A stretch of 64,000 nt of DNA from an uncultured candidate division Zixibacteria bacterium (lineage in GTDB: Bacteria > Zixibacteria > MSB-5A5 > GN15 > PGXB01): assembly GCA_963702205.1 (NCBI GenBank), contig OY969724.1, forward strand, positions 3,168,001 to 3,232,000, read 5' to 3'. This document shows positions 49,801 through 60,390 of this stretch, piece by piece (positions within the stretch are counted from its first letter, which is position 1; each line of letters opens with the position of its first letter). The notes under the pieces were generated by a model that was not told the DNA's origin, made no database searches, and saw only the letters and a program-made list of their open reading frames with translations. The translations under genes were made by a program, and so were the position numbers.

Positions 49801-50601
49801 CTACTTTATGAATTCGCGGGGCGGATTCTTCATATAGCGTTCCGTGAAGATGTCCTCACCCAATCCCACGTTGTATTTGATATTTCCGAATTCGACCGTG
49901 GTGTACTGGTTTTTCCTGACGTTTTCCATCTTGCGCAAAGTCGGCGTCACGATGCCATCGATGGTCTGAATTTTCTCGGCCGTGAAGACGCGTTCCAGTT
50001 CGTTCTTATCGTCGTAATATTCCTCTTTCAATGGGAGGTAGTTTTCCTTGTCGATATAAGACACCTTGCGGGAAAACCCCTTATAAGGCTGTTTCGGAAT
50101 CGATTCGATGACGTATACGTCGCGGTTTCCGAGCTTTTCTTCGCGAAGCAGCTTGTGATTGTCCTCCGTCCAGTGACGCCCGGATACGTCTTCGTACGTG
50201 AAGTCCGATCCGACAAAACTGGAATTCTTGTCATCGGCCGATATACGCTTGACCAGATCGACCGACGGGATATACAGCCAGCGATTGTCGGTGGCATCGG
50301 GAATCTTGTGAACCATAAACGTCAGCCGGGCCACGTCGCTGGGCTTTTTGAAATACGTATAGTACATCTGCTTGCCGCCGTCCTGCTGGTCGAGGCGAAG
50401 CATCGTGAATTCGCGGACGCGCTCCTTGCCTTTGGAGTTGACAATGCTCATGTGGACGTCGGCGACGCCGTCGTCACCGGCATAATACATGGCCAGGTGC
50501 GACTTCTTCATGATCTCTTCGGCCCGGTCCTGGGCCATAAGGTTGACCGCACCGAACATCAGGATGAGTGTCATTATTGTGATGAGTTGGAATCGTTTCA
50601 T
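49801..50601 (-). CDS. Outer-membrane lipoprotein-sorting (LolA-like) periplasmic protein
   Basis: Signal peptide; PSDV...WLYIPSVDLVKRIS...SFVGSDFTYED. Confidence 0.88.
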   Translation of the reverse strand: MKRFQLITIMTLILMFGAVNLMAQDRAEEIMKKSHLAMYYAGDDGVADVHMSIVNSKGKERVREFTMLRLDQQDGGKQMYYTYFKKPSDVARLTFMVHKIPDATDNRWLYIPSVDLVKRISADDKNSSFVGSDFTYEDVSGRHWTEDNHKLLREEKLGNRDVYVIESIPKQPYKGFSRKVSYIDKENYLPLKEEYYDDKNELERVFTAEKIQTIDGIVTPTLRKMENVRKNQYTTVEFGNIKYNVGLGEDIFTERYMKNPPREFIK

Positions 50602-50620
50602 TTCTCCTTGCCTTTCTTTA

Positions 50621-52954
50621 TTATTGTACTACTTCTTTTGTCTCATGGGATGTTTCGACGACAAAATCCGGAAATATCTTTTTCCTCATGACGATGAAGA
50701 TCGAGGGCAACAGCAGCATGGTGACGGCTCCGGAGACAACCATGATCGCGAAGAAAAACGAGCCGACCGTGATGTATGGCACCAGCGAGGAGAAAAACAT
50801 CGGCACGAAACCGATGGCTATCACCAGCACGTTGCGCGAGATGGCCCGCGCCAGGCCCTCGAACATTTCGGGGAAGGTTTTCTTGAAGTCCCCCGTTTTG
50901 GCGTGAATGTATTTCGATCTCTGTATGAAATGGATGGCGAAGTCGATGGACAGCCCCAGCGTCAGCGACGACAGCACCGCCACCGGCATATCGTACGGTT
51001 TCCCGATATAACCGATCGCGCCGTAAATCGCCATAATCGTGATGCTCAAAGGCAGCATCGAAATGAATCCGAGCAGGATCGAACGGAAGAGGAAGATCAT
51101 CATGATGAAAACGACCAGGAACGAACTCAGCAGAGCCGAGCGCATACCGCCGACCATCTTCTCCTGCCAGACGACGTTTATGTAAGGCAATCCCGCCCAG
51201 TTCATGGTCAGGTGCTGCGGCGGCGGATTTTCCGCGAAGTACCGCCTGGCATCGTCGACAACCGATACGACCGACTGGTTGTCGCCTTCGCGCAATTGAA
51301 CCCAGAGATTGAGCTTGTCATAATCGGTGGTGACGAATTTGTAAAGATCATCGGGATTGCCGCCAGAAATTTCGAACAGGAACAGGTCCTGAGCGACCTC
51401 GTTTTGATTGTCCGGGATGGCGAACTTGGAGGGTTCGCGGTTGAAAAGCTCGTAGCGCACCTTCTTGACAATGTCGGTCAGTCCCGTCGTGCCCCCGACC
51501 ACACGGTTGTTCTCGAGTGCGCGTTGGAATTTTTCGATGTATTTCAAAGTCGCGGGGTCTTTGAAACCGTCGACGTCATCGCTTTCGAATACGAGGTAGT
51601 TCATGTACGTCCCGGCCAGGTGCTTGTTCAATTGCACGTCGGCAACGCGCAGAGGATTGTCTTTCTTGAACCATTTGACCGGATTGTCGTTGACCTTAAT
51701 CATATTCAGACCAATCGCGGCCACGACAATAATGATGGCCGAACCGGCCAGAATGAGTTTGTAATATTTTTTATTTATGTCGCGAAAGACGTGCATCAGC
51801 CGCGAAAGAGGACCGCTTTCATCTTCCGTCCGTCCGAAATTGCGCAGGGTCTTATCCGAAATGAGAACCGCAAAAGCCGGGTTAAACGTGATGGACAACA
51901 GCCACGCGATGAGGATTCCAAACGCCACGAAAATACCGAACACCCGCACTGGTGGAATCGGCGTCAGAGCCAGTGACAGAAAACCGACAATGGTCGTCAC
52001 CGACGTAAACAACAGTGGGACAAACAGGTCGGATATGGTATTGCGGATGGTCGTGCTTTTATGTTTGTACTTCTGATACCGGTCGTGAAATTCGGATATA
52101 ATGTGAATCGAATTCAACACGGCGATCGGTATCAGGAAGATTGGAATCATCGAGCTCATTATATGGACCGTGTTGCCGGTCATGATCAGCAGACCCATCG
52201 CCCAGATAACCGATACGACCGCGACGATCATTGGCGCCAGGACGATTTTGAAATTCCTGAAGAACATCAGCATCAGCAGGAATATGATCAATCCGGCCAT
52301 CGGCGCGCTGATCGCCATCTGTTTGAACATCTCTGCCCCGAAACTGTCCTCGGCCACCGGCAGACCGGCGATAAAATACTTTTCGCCGGTCGAATGACGT
52401 TCCGTGATTTCCTTTATTTGAGTGGCGATACGATAGGACATATCCTTGGACTCGATGGGGATGAACATGGCGATGGCTTTGCCGTCGTCCGACGCTAGCT
52501 TGCCCTTAAGTATCGGATTGTCTTTGATCCGGTTCAAAATGAACTGGGCCTGAGCGTTGTCCTTTGGCTCGCTTTCGAGAAGTTTGTGAACCGTCAGGAC
52601 ACCGTCGACCTGTATGATATCGTCGACCGTCGAAGGCGCGAGGATATCATCGACAATAACTCCGTCGATTTTGGAAATGTCTTCTACTATCTTATATATA
52701 TTGGTCAGCTGTTCTTTGGTGAAGGCGCCTTTCTCATTGACGACTCCGATCGCGATAAAATCATGAATCGCGAAATCCTCTTTGGTTTGCTGGTCAAACA
52801 GGCGCACCGGTTCATTGGCTTCCAGCATGTTTTCCGGATCCGTATCGATTTTAATATTAGGCAGTTGGGCCGCGAAAAAGGCCGTAATCAGAATTACCCC
52901 TACAATAACTGCCCAGGGGTGGTCGATAGAAAATTCCGTAAAAAACCTTTTCAT
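50621..52954 (-). CDS. MMPL/RND family transporter
   Basis: Two repeats of 1+5 TM with periplasmic loops; LSIDFAIHF; ATG 52954 after an AGGA SD. Confidence 0.9.
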   Translation of the reverse strand: MKRFFTEFSIDHPWAVIVGVILITAFFAAQLPNIKIDTDPENMLEANEPVRLFDQQTKEDFAIHDFIAIGVVNEKGAFTKEQLTNIYKIVEDISKIDGVIVDDILAPSTVDDIIQVDGVLTVHKLLESEPKDNAQAQFILNRIKDNPILKGKLASDDGKAIAMFIPIESKDMSYRIATQIKEITERHSTGEKYFIAGLPVAEDSFGAEMFKQMAISAPMAGLIIFLLMLMFFRNFKIVLAPMIVAVVSVIWAMGLLIMTGNTVHIMSSMIPIFLIPIAVLNSIHIISEFHDRYQKYKHKSTTIRNTISDLFVPLLFTSVTTIVGFLSLALTPIPPVRVFGIFVAFGILIAWLLSITFNPAFAVLISDKTLRNFGRTEDESGPLSRLMHVFRDINKKYYKLILAGSAIIIVVAAIGLNMIKVNDNPVKWFKKDNPLRVADVQLNKHLAGTYMNYLVFESDDVDGFKDPATLKYIEKFQRALENNRVVGGTTGLTDIVKKVRYELFNREPSKFAIPDNQNEVAQDLFLFEISGGNPDDLYKFVTTDYDKLNLWVQLREGDNQSVVSVVDDARRYFAENPPPQHLTMNWAGLPYINVVWQEKMVGGMRSALLSSFLVVFIMMIFLFRSILLGFISMLPLSITIMAIYGAIGYIGKPYDMPVAVLSSLTLGLSIDFAIHFIQRSKYIHAKTGDFKKTFPEMFEGLARAISRNVLVIAIGFVPMFFSSLVPYITVGSFFFAIMVVSGAVTMLLLPSIFIVMRKKIFPDFVVETSHETKEVVQ

Positions 52955-52992
52955 TAGTCCTTTCCTTTCCAATTTTAAATGACTATTACCCT

Positions 52993-53022
52993 TTAGATAG
53001 AATATGGACTAAAACGATTCAA
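52993..53022 (-). promoter_or_regulatory. ECF-type promoter for the MMPL operon
   Basis: TTGAATC-N17-ATCTAA; the same core and spacing recur at 53924-53953. Confidence 0.7.
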
Positions 53023-53101
53023 TTTTTTATGATTTTTATCGCCGAATACAAGTTATTGCTAAATAATGAGTTGAAATGGACAGGGGGTTGTGGAGGTCCG
53101 G

Positions 53102-53350
53102 CTATTTCTTGCCGAATTTTTTCTCCCAGCGCTGTTTGAGGGCGCTGTTGAGCTTGGATTCGATCTCCGGAGGGAGACTTTCCTTCTTGCCTTCGCGGCA
53201 AAGGACGACCGTCTGCTTGAGCGAATCGACCATTATGCGGCAGTTGTTGCAGGTCTTGAGATGTTCCTCGAGCTGGGCGCACAAGGTCTCGTCGATTTCG
53301 CCGTCGATATAGTCGGCGATGTCCTGTATGTATTTGCTACACGATTTCAC
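53102..53350 (-). CDS. Soluble zf-HC2 (ZAS) anti-sigma factor
   Basis: MKSC...YIDGE...HLKTCNNC; no TM; overlaps the sigma gene. Confidence 0.88.
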   Translation of the reverse strand: MKSCSKYIQDIADYIDGEIDETLCAQLEEHLKTCNNCRIMVDSLKQTVVLCREGKKESLPPEIESKLNSALKQRWEKKFGKK

Positions 53351-53924
53351 TTTTGCGTTCCCGGAATGAATCGGTCAAAGTCTCGCGAATTGCCAGTCGA
53401 GCCCGGAGAATTCGCGATTTGGCGGCCGGTAATGAAATTTTCAGCATCCTGGCGATATCTTTAACCGGCATATCTTCCATATATCTTAGGACGAACGGGA
53501 CGCTGTAGAGCTGGGGCATCTCGGCCAGGGCGGCCTCGATAATTTCGCTTATCTGCTTTTGTTCAAACAGCTCGTGCGGGTCGCCCCAGTCGAAAAGCTG
53601 CTGGCTGGCTTCACCGTGGCCGCCCGACGGCAAGTATTCTTCGATCGGCTTGAGCGGCATCTTGTTGTCCTCTACGGCCCGGGCCCTGAATGTGTTCAAA
53701 GCTATCGTATACAGCCAGGTCCCGAACGAGGCTTCCATGCGGAACTTGTCAATGTTATCCACAGCTTTCAAGAACGTTTCCTGCAAAATATCTTCAGCGT
53801 CTTCTTTATTTCCGGACAGCTTCAACGCCAGCCGGAATATTTTATCCTTGTGGGCTTTAATCAGGCGGTTGAAGGCATCGAAATCGCCCGACTGCGCCCG
53901 TTCTATTAATTTTCTCTCATCCAT
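53337..53924 (-). CDS. ECF RNA polymerase sigma factor
   Basis: AQSGDFDAF, DAEDILQETF, FGTWLYTIALN, KSRILRAR. Confidence 0.93.
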   Translation of the reverse strand: MDERKLIERAQSGDFDAFNRLIKAHKDKIFRLALKLSGNKEDAEDILQETFLKAVDNIDKFRMEASFGTWLYTIALNTFRARAVEDNKMPLKPIEEYLPSGGHGEASQQLFDWGDPHELFEQKQISEIIEAALAEMPQLYSVPFVLRYMEDMPVKDIARMLKISLPAAKSRILRARLAIRETLTDSFRERKSEIV

Positions 53925-54664
53925 TAGATCGTAATATAGTCCAAACGATTCAAAAAAACAATTTGGCATATTATTATTGACCAATCTTAGCACTATTTAT
54001 TATTATTTCGATATCATGCAAATTAAAAGAGGGCTTTTCAAAGCAAAGTAAAATATGTCATCGGCAAATCGTGATATAATTAAGAAACAATATAAAGACC
54101 GTGAAAAAGCACTAAATAATATATTGGATTCAACTGCGCCCAGAAAATTAATCGTCGCCGGACCAGGCACAGGAAAAACCTACACTTTTAAAAGGCTACT
54201 GGTTAAGAGTGAGTCTACAAATAATCTCGCAATGACATTTATCAACAATCTCGTAGCCGATATGGAAGTGACATTGGACAATTACGCCGAAGTTAAGACA
54301 TTACATAGATTCTGTACATGGGTTTTGCATAATATAGTAGGCGATTTTGATATTGTTGCATATTTGGACAAGATAATTAGCAAAGATTCGGAATTCATTG
54401 GTCATTATTGTCAAGATTTTCCTTCATATATTCGATCTCTAGATGAATCTAATGGCTATATAAATTTCTTTATAAAAAGAGGTGATTATTATAATGCATT
54501 CGCTTTTGATGACACAGTGTATCGTTTATTAATTCGTGCCAGAAATAATCCCAGTATTATCCCTCGATTTTCTCAAATTGTAATCGACGAGTTTCAGGAT
54601 TTTAATTTGTTAGAAGTTGAATTTATAAAGATATTGGAAAAGCGAGGCAATATTCTAATAGCCG

Positions 54665-55982
54665 GCGCGTGTAAATATTTTTGTGTAAGTGGCCATGACG
54701 TATATATAGTTGAAGGAGGTATATCATGGCCAAGAAACGTGACGAAGCTGACAAACTGATCGACGAGATGATCGCCGGCAAGACGCCGGAAGAGATAGTG
54801 GGTGAGGGCGGTCTTCTGCAGGCGCTCACGAAACGGGTGTATGAGCGCGCCCTCGCAGGTGAGATGACGCATCACTTGGGCTATCCGCCCAATGCTCCCG
54901 AAGGCAAAAACAGCGGCAACTCTCGCAACGGCAAAACCAGCAAGACGGTCAAGACCGGGTCGGCAGATGTTACGCTGGAGATTCCGCGGGACCGGAACGG
55001 CGAGTTCGAGCCGCAGTTGGTTAAAAAGCACCAGCGGCGCCTGCCCGGTTTCGACGACAAGGTGTTGGCGCTGTACGCTCGGGGTTTGACGACGCGGGAT
55101 ATCCAGGGTCATCTTGAGGAGATGTACCAGTCGGAGGTTTCCCCGGCCTTGATTTCGGCGGTGACGGACGCCGTGCTTCAGGAGGTGACGGTGTGGCAGA
55201 GTCGGCCGCTGGAGGCGGTCTACCCGATCGTCTATCTGGACGCCATCCACCTGAAGCTTCGTCAGAGCGGCCAGGTCAAAAACCAGGCGGTCTATTTGGC
55301 CTTGGGGATCACGCCGGAGGGTTACAAGGAACTCTTGGGTTTGTGGGTCGGCGATCAGGAGGGTTCGAAGTTCTGGCTGTCGGTGCTGACGGAGCTTAAG
55401 AACCGGGGCGTTCGGGACATCCTGATTGCCTGTGTCGATGGTCTGACGGGGTTCCCTGATGCGATTGAGACGGCCTTTCCGCAGACCCAGGTGCAGTTAT
55501 GTCTCGTGCACATGGTGCGCAACTCGCTGAAGTATGTCGGTTGGAAAGAGCGCAAGGCGGTCGCGGCCGATCTCAAGACGATCTACTCGGCGCCCAACGA
55601 AGAAGCCGCCGAGCAGGCCCTGACGGCGTTCGAGGCCACATACCGGGACCGTTTCCCGCAGATCGCCCGCTCATGGCGGTCCTGCTGGATGAACATCATC
55701 CCGTTTTTTAGCTACCCCAAAGAGATTCGAAAGGTTATCTATACGACCAACGCCATCGAGTCGATGAATGCTCAGTTGCGCAAGGTGACGCGGAATCGCG
55801 GCTCGTTCCCGACGGTGGAATCAGTCAGAAAGGTGATCTACCTGGCGATACAAAGAATCTCGAAAAAATGGAAGCGTCCGATCAAGGACTGGGTGGCGGC
55901 CCTTAATCACTTCTGCATCGTCTTCGAGGGAAGGATCGAAAACACATGAACCGGCCGCTTACACAAAATTCCGTACACTCCC
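54665..55982 (+). mobile_element. IS256-family insertion sequence (1318 bp)
   Basis: Imperfect ~30-bp terminal inverted repeats (GCGCGTGTA..TTTTGTGTAAGTGGCC / GGGAGTGTA..TTTTGTGTAAGCGGCC); 8-bp target duplication AATAGCCG at 54657-54664 and 55983-55990. Confidence 0.95.
54726..55949 (+). CDS. IS256-family DDE transposase
   Basis: RNG...PRDR.G.FEP, YLDA, CVDGLTGF, CLVH, YTTNAIES. Confidence 0.97.
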   Translation: MAKKRDEADKLIDEMIAGKTPEEIVGEGGLLQALTKRVYERALAGEMTHHLGYPPNAPEGKNSGNSRNGKTSKTVKTGSADVTLEIPRDRNGEFEPQLVKKHQRRLPGFDDKVLALYARGLTTRDIQGHLEEMYQSEVSPALISAVTDAVLQEVTVWQSRPLEAVYPIVYLDAIHLKLRQSGQVKNQAVYLALGITPEGYKELLGLWVGDQEGSKFWLSVLTELKNRGVRDILIACVDGLTGFPDAIETAFPQTQVQLCLVHMVRNSLKYVGWKERKAVAADLKTIYSAPNEEAAEQALTAFEATYRDRFPQIARSWRSCWMNIIPFFSYPKEIRKVIYTTNAIESMNAQLRKVTRNRGSFPTVESVRKVIYLAIQRISKKWKRPIKDWVAALNHFCIVFEGRIENT

Positions 55983-57130
55983 AATAGCCGGTGATGATGA
56001 CCAAGCTATATATTCCAAAAGGCAATCTGATCCTAAATATTTGCGGGATTTCTTCAATTCTGGGCGCTATGACCGATTTACTCTTCCGTTTTGTTCGCGT
56101 TGCCCATCTGCCGTTATAAACGCCACAAATAATATGCTCAGCATAGCTCAAGAGCGCGGCATGCTTAAATCCCGAATAAGCAAACCATTCGAATGCTTTT
56201 TGGATGAAAAATTAACAGATGACGAGAAATATCCTGATATTATTACAGCTCATTGCAGCACGGCCGCAACAATAGCCAAGTACATTGTAAGAGAAATACA
56301 AAATATCGATGAAAATGACATATTCGCTTCAAAAATAGCAAGCAACGAATATCCTACGGTTTTAGTTGTAGGCCAAAAACAATATTTAAATATAATCGAA
56401 AAGAAACTTAAAAAGCACTTTACGGGCGTCAAGCGCAATACCAGCGATGAGATAAGCTATGATATTTCTAATGGTTATGACATATTAATTGACAACAATA
56501 ATTCAAATTTGGGTTGGCGAATTATCGCGGAATTTATATTGAGCTCGAGAGATTTTAAATTTGCTTTATCTCGTACCACTGATGGCACACCGATGAATGA
56601 AATACTTACAAGGAGTATTATTTACAATCAAAACAACATAATTAACATGTTGAATGAGGCTAGGATTAATTCAAAGATGACCAATCAAATGAAATACGAT
56701 TTAACACTCTTAATTCCGGAACACGCTGATGCAATAATAAATGCCTTCGATACAAGGGATACTGCATCTCCAAAAGATGAGATCAATGACAACGATCCAA
56801 CAATAATGCTAACAACTTTTGAAGGATGCAAAGGTTTATCGGCTGGACATGTATTTATAGTGGGAATGAATAATAATGAATTGCCAAAGAATCCTGGAAA
56901 TGTAACTGATATAGAGTTGTCGAGGTTTATCGTAGCTATGACACGAACTAGGAATTGTTGTCATATATTATCAAATAAGTATTTTGTATTCGATTCCAAA
57001 CAAAATAAATTCCCTCCTCCTAATTACCGTTCAATATTCATAAATTGGATACCACCAGAACATTTAAATGATTTAGGACAACTTAAGGCGGGCAATATTA
57101 GTATTGTATAGTAAATCAAGTAATTAGAAT

Positions 57131-58087
57131 ATGAACAATACAGACTCAATAATCATCGGTATCAGCGCCTGTCTGCTGGGGCAGAAAGTACGGTTCGATG
57201 CCGGACATAAATGGGATCGCTATATCACCGACGTTCTGTGCAAATATTTTAAATTCGTCCCGGTCTGCCCCGAAGTCGAAGCGGGCATGACCACCCCTCG
57301 CGAAGCAGTGAACCTTATCGGAAGTACGGCAAACCCGCGTATGGTGGGAGTAAAATCCGGTGAAGACTGGACCGCGCGCATGATTCGATACTCGAACAAA
57401 CGCGTCAGACTTCTCGAACAAGACAAGCTTTCCGGCTATATCCTCAAAAAAGATTCGCCGAGCTGCGGACTGGAGCGGGTACGAGTGTACGGTGGTAAAG
57501 GGGTTCCATCGCGAAGCGGACGCGGACTGTTTGCATCGGCTCTGATCGACCGCTTCCCTCTGCTCCCGGTCGAAGAGGAAGGCCGTCTGCAGGACGCTCG
57601 ACTTCGCGAAAATTTCATCGTCCGGGTCTTTTCTTATAAATGTCTGCAGGATTTATTCTCGTCACCGTACAAGCGCGGAGAACTCGTCGCTTTTCATGCG
57701 CGGCACAAGTACCTGCTCATGGCCCACAGTGTAACTCACTATCGCCAGCTGGGACTACTGGTGGCGGGCATAAAACGATATAAGTCGGCCGAATTCAAGG
57801 ACAAGTACAGCCGGCTCTTCATGGATGCCCTGGCGGTCAAGACGACACCGCGCAAGAATGTTAATGTATTGCAGCATATACTGGGATATCTTAAGAAAAA
57901 CCTCGATGCCTCAGAGAAAAAGTACATTCTAAGCGTAATTGATGATTATCATAAAGAGTTGGTGCCGCTGATTGTGCCGATAACTCTGATACGCCACTAT
58001 ATCGAGAAGTTCAACGTTGAGTATATCCGCGACCAGGTCTATTTGAATCCGCATACCAAAGAGCTGATGCTCCGCAATCACGTTTGA
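57131..58087 (+). CDS. DUF523 + DUF1722 (YbgA-like; 2-thiouracil desulfurase-related) protein
   Basis: GISACLLG..VRFD, VCPEVE, SPSCG; FHARHKYLLMAH, QHILGY. Confidence 0.9.
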   Translation: MNNTDSIIIGISACLLGQKVRFDAGHKWDRYITDVLCKYFKFVPVCPEVEAGMTTPREAVNLIGSTANPRMVGVKSGEDWTARMIRYSNKRVRLLEQDKLSGYILKKDSPSCGLERVRVYGGKGVPSRSGRGLFASALIDRFPLLPVEEEGRLQDARLRENFIVRVFSYKCLQDLFSSPYKRGELVAFHARHKYLLMAHSVTHYRQLGLLVAGIKRYKSAEFKDKYSRLFMDALAVKTTPRKNVNVLQHILGYLKKNLDASEKKYILSVIDDYHKELVPLIVPITLIRHYIEKFNVEYIRDQVYLNPHTKELMLRNHV

Positions 58088-58109
58088 TCATTATATCGAA
58101 TAAGGCCGA

Positions 58110-60311
58110 TTATTGCGGGCAATCGGGTGATGCCCCCGGCGGATCGTTATACAAATAAGCTATTAAATACAGAATATCTATCAGGTCGATATGTCCCCAG
58201 CCGGAGGAACCGTCGAGATCGCCGGAGTTGTACGGGTTCGGTTCGGGACCGAGTGGCGATCCATATACGAAGTCAATCAGATATAATATGTCGATAAGGT
58301 TGACGGCGTCATCACTGTTGACGTCACCGCAAATATAAAAGTCAGGCAGCCGCACCACGATCGAATCCAATGTAGAAAACTCGCTCCACTGGCTGTCGGC
58401 ATCCATGGCCCTGACACGATAATAGTACACACCATTGGTCCGGGCGGATACAGATTCCGTAGTATCGATAAGAGATGAAGAAATAGTCCGGCTTGAGTCA
58501 AATGTCTGCACCGGCCATAAATCATCGATTCTGATTCCTGCCCCGGCTTCGGCTACGTGAAAGTCACGATAACTGATTCGTATATGCACCTCCTGCCCGA
58601 CGAAATCCGCCAGATCAAACTGCCCCGGCACCCAGAACCCGGCCGTGGTGCCCGTGATACCGTGGCCACGGTTGTATCCCTGGGGATTGCTGTCAGTCGT
58701 AATATTCCCGGCAATCGGCGCGAAATTAAAGCCGTCGGTCGAGATTTCGACATAAGCGTAGTCCACGTCATTATTAAGCACGTAATGAGCCCAGAATTTC
58801 AAGGTGTCCCCCGCCCTGACCCTGTACGGTGCAATTGTCTGATAATACCTTTCGATGGTCGTGGCCGGTCCGGAATAGGAACACAACGTCCCCATAAATC
58901 CCACGCCCGTCTGAGAAAATCCGTAATTGTCGAAATTATCATAAGTATTCAGAGAATCCATAATCAGGATTGGGTTGGTATATTCTATCAATTCGTACGC
59001 TTTGGGTGGATTATTCGAATCGTTGCACTGCCAGTCTATCTGGTACGACCCGGTCTTGCTGGTATCCGGTACAGCCAGTTCAGGTGGGTTTGGCGGCAGG
59101 GCACGATTGATATTGTCCGATATATCAGTCAGATACAAAGCAACCGGAAGATTTTCGTTAACCAGCGGGAGAATCCTGTCTTCGGCCGGCCAGAATCCAT
59201 CGGCCGCTTCCCCAACCTCGATGGTGAAGGAAGGCACCCGGCCTTTTGTTGTCGTATCCCCGTAGCACCAATCGTCGCAGCACCCATTGGTCGGATACAG
59301 CGCCCAGCCCGGGCCGGGATAATAATGATTCCGGGCATTGACGGCCCTGCCGACGGCGGTGAAAGTGCTGTCATCGTCGCAGTACGACCCGATCTGGTAC
59401 GACCAGGGATACAGCACCAGATCCGCAAAGGAATGAAAATTGACGACCAGGTTAAAATCACCGTTGACGATAAAATCGCGAAGCGCCTGAGTCTCGGGCT
59501 CGGAAAAGGCCCCAGTCCCGCGATAGGTTTCATCCCCGCCGTCGGGTGACGACCCGATATCATCGTAGCCCCATAAATATCCGAAATTCCGATTCAGGTC
59601 GACACCGTATGTGCCGTCGCCGTTGTCCCGGCGATTTTTGCGCCACAGCCCGCCGCCCCAGGGATCGGTCACCCCATTGTAATAATACCCGTCGGGATTT
59701 ACCACCGGCACGAACCATATTTCGCGATTGTCGACCAGATACGTAACCTCCGAATCGAGACCATAATTTTCCGTAAGATAATTCATATAATTAAGGAGAA
59801 TCTCCGGCGTGATGACTTCACGGGCGTGGGTGGCGGCCGTGAACAGGATTTTCGGTTCATTTTCGCCGACCAGTGGATTGTCGGATACCTTGTATACCGG
59901 GATATTTCGCCCCTCGAGAGTTTGGCCAATACTGCCGTACGGTGCAACAATCTCAGGGTGACCGGCGGCGATCGCGGCCAGGCTGATTTCTATTTCGGCC
60001 AGGGTTTTATAGCCGCCCATTGTTTTCTCAGACAGCCGGGATTTATAGAATTCTTCGAGATTTTTATGAATTACTTCGTAATCGAAGCCGAGCTGAGCGA
60101 GAATATCCAAGTCACTTGAGTCGGCGATCAGGTCGACCGATCTTTGGCCCATCTGGATTATATCAAAATGATGCGATATTAGCGACAGGCGTTGATTGTC
60201 ATTATCATACTTGACTCGGACCTGACTGTGAACAGGCCTCTCGACACCTGCAATTGCCGCTGCCGGAATTAGAAGCAGCAACAGGGAAGTGATGATACTT
60301 CTTGCATTCAT
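58110..60311 (-). CDS. Secreted M14 zinc carboxypeptidase (carboxypeptidase T-like) with beta-sandwich/FN3 domains and C-terminal dockerin-like domain
   Basis: HARE, WRKNRR, DLNRN, NFHSF, FTIEV; tail CGDVNSDDAVNLIDILYLIDF...GDLDG..IDLIDILYLIAYLY. Confidence 0.9.
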   Translation of the reverse strand: MNARSIITSLLLLLIPAAAIAGVERPVHSQVRVKYDNDNQRLSLISHHFDIIQMGQRSVDLIADSSDLDILAQLGFDYEVIHKNLEEFYKSRLSEKTMGGYKTLAEIEISLAAIAAGHPEIVAPYGSIGQTLEGRNIPVYKVSDNPLVGENEPKILFTAATHAREVITPEILLNYMNYLTENYGLDSEVTYLVDNREIWFVPVVNPDGYYYNGVTDPWGGGLWRKNRRDNGDGTYGVDLNRNFGYLWGYDDIGSSPDGGDETYRGTGAFSEPETQALRDFIVNGDFNLVVNFHSFADLVLYPWSYQIGSYCDDDSTFTAVGRAVNARNHYYPGPGWALYPTNGCCDDWCYGDTTTKGRVPSFTIEVGEAADGFWPAEDRILPLVNENLPVALYLTDISDNINRALPPNPPELAVPDTSKTGSYQIDWQCNDSNNPPKAYELIEYTNPILIMDSLNTYDNFDNYGFSQTGVGFMGTLCSYSGPATTIERYYQTIAPYRVRAGDTLKFWAHYVLNNDVDYAYVEISTDGFNFAPIAGNITTDSNPQGYNRGHGITGTTAGFWVPGQFDLADFVGQEVHIRISYRDFHVAEAGAGIRIDDLWPVQTFDSSRTISSSLIDTTESVSARTNGVYYYRVRAMDADSQWSEFSTLDSIVVRLPDFYICGDVNSDDAVNLIDILYLIDFVYGSPLGPEPNPYNSGDLDGSSGWGHIDLIDILYLIAYLYNDPPGASPDCPQ

Positions 60312-60390
60312 AGTCTTGATCCCAACCCGCAATCTACCCCGGATCGATAATCAATCTACGATATATTATATCGGCCTTTACGCCGCAGAC

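Larger units (their letters stand above)
54055..57111 (+). pseudogene. UvrD/Rep-family (SF1A) helicase, 576 aa when reconstructed, interrupted by IS256
   Basis: AGPGTGKT and IDEFQD. Removing the IS and one target duplication restores IAGDDDQAIY. Downstream TFEGCKGL and VAMTR motifs; AT-rich sequence. Confidence 0.9.

Noticed and set aside
50489..51976. 495-aa plus-strand ORF and many other long antisense ORFs (e.g. 24750..25658, 31741..32532, 58557..59549)
   Set aside because: They lie entirely opposite well-supported genes and have no recognisable motifs; these are shadow ORFs caused by codon bias
54055..58087. Complete Gabija system
   Set aside because: No OLD/TOPRIM GajA gene is adjacent; the downstream gene is YbgA-like with host-like composition
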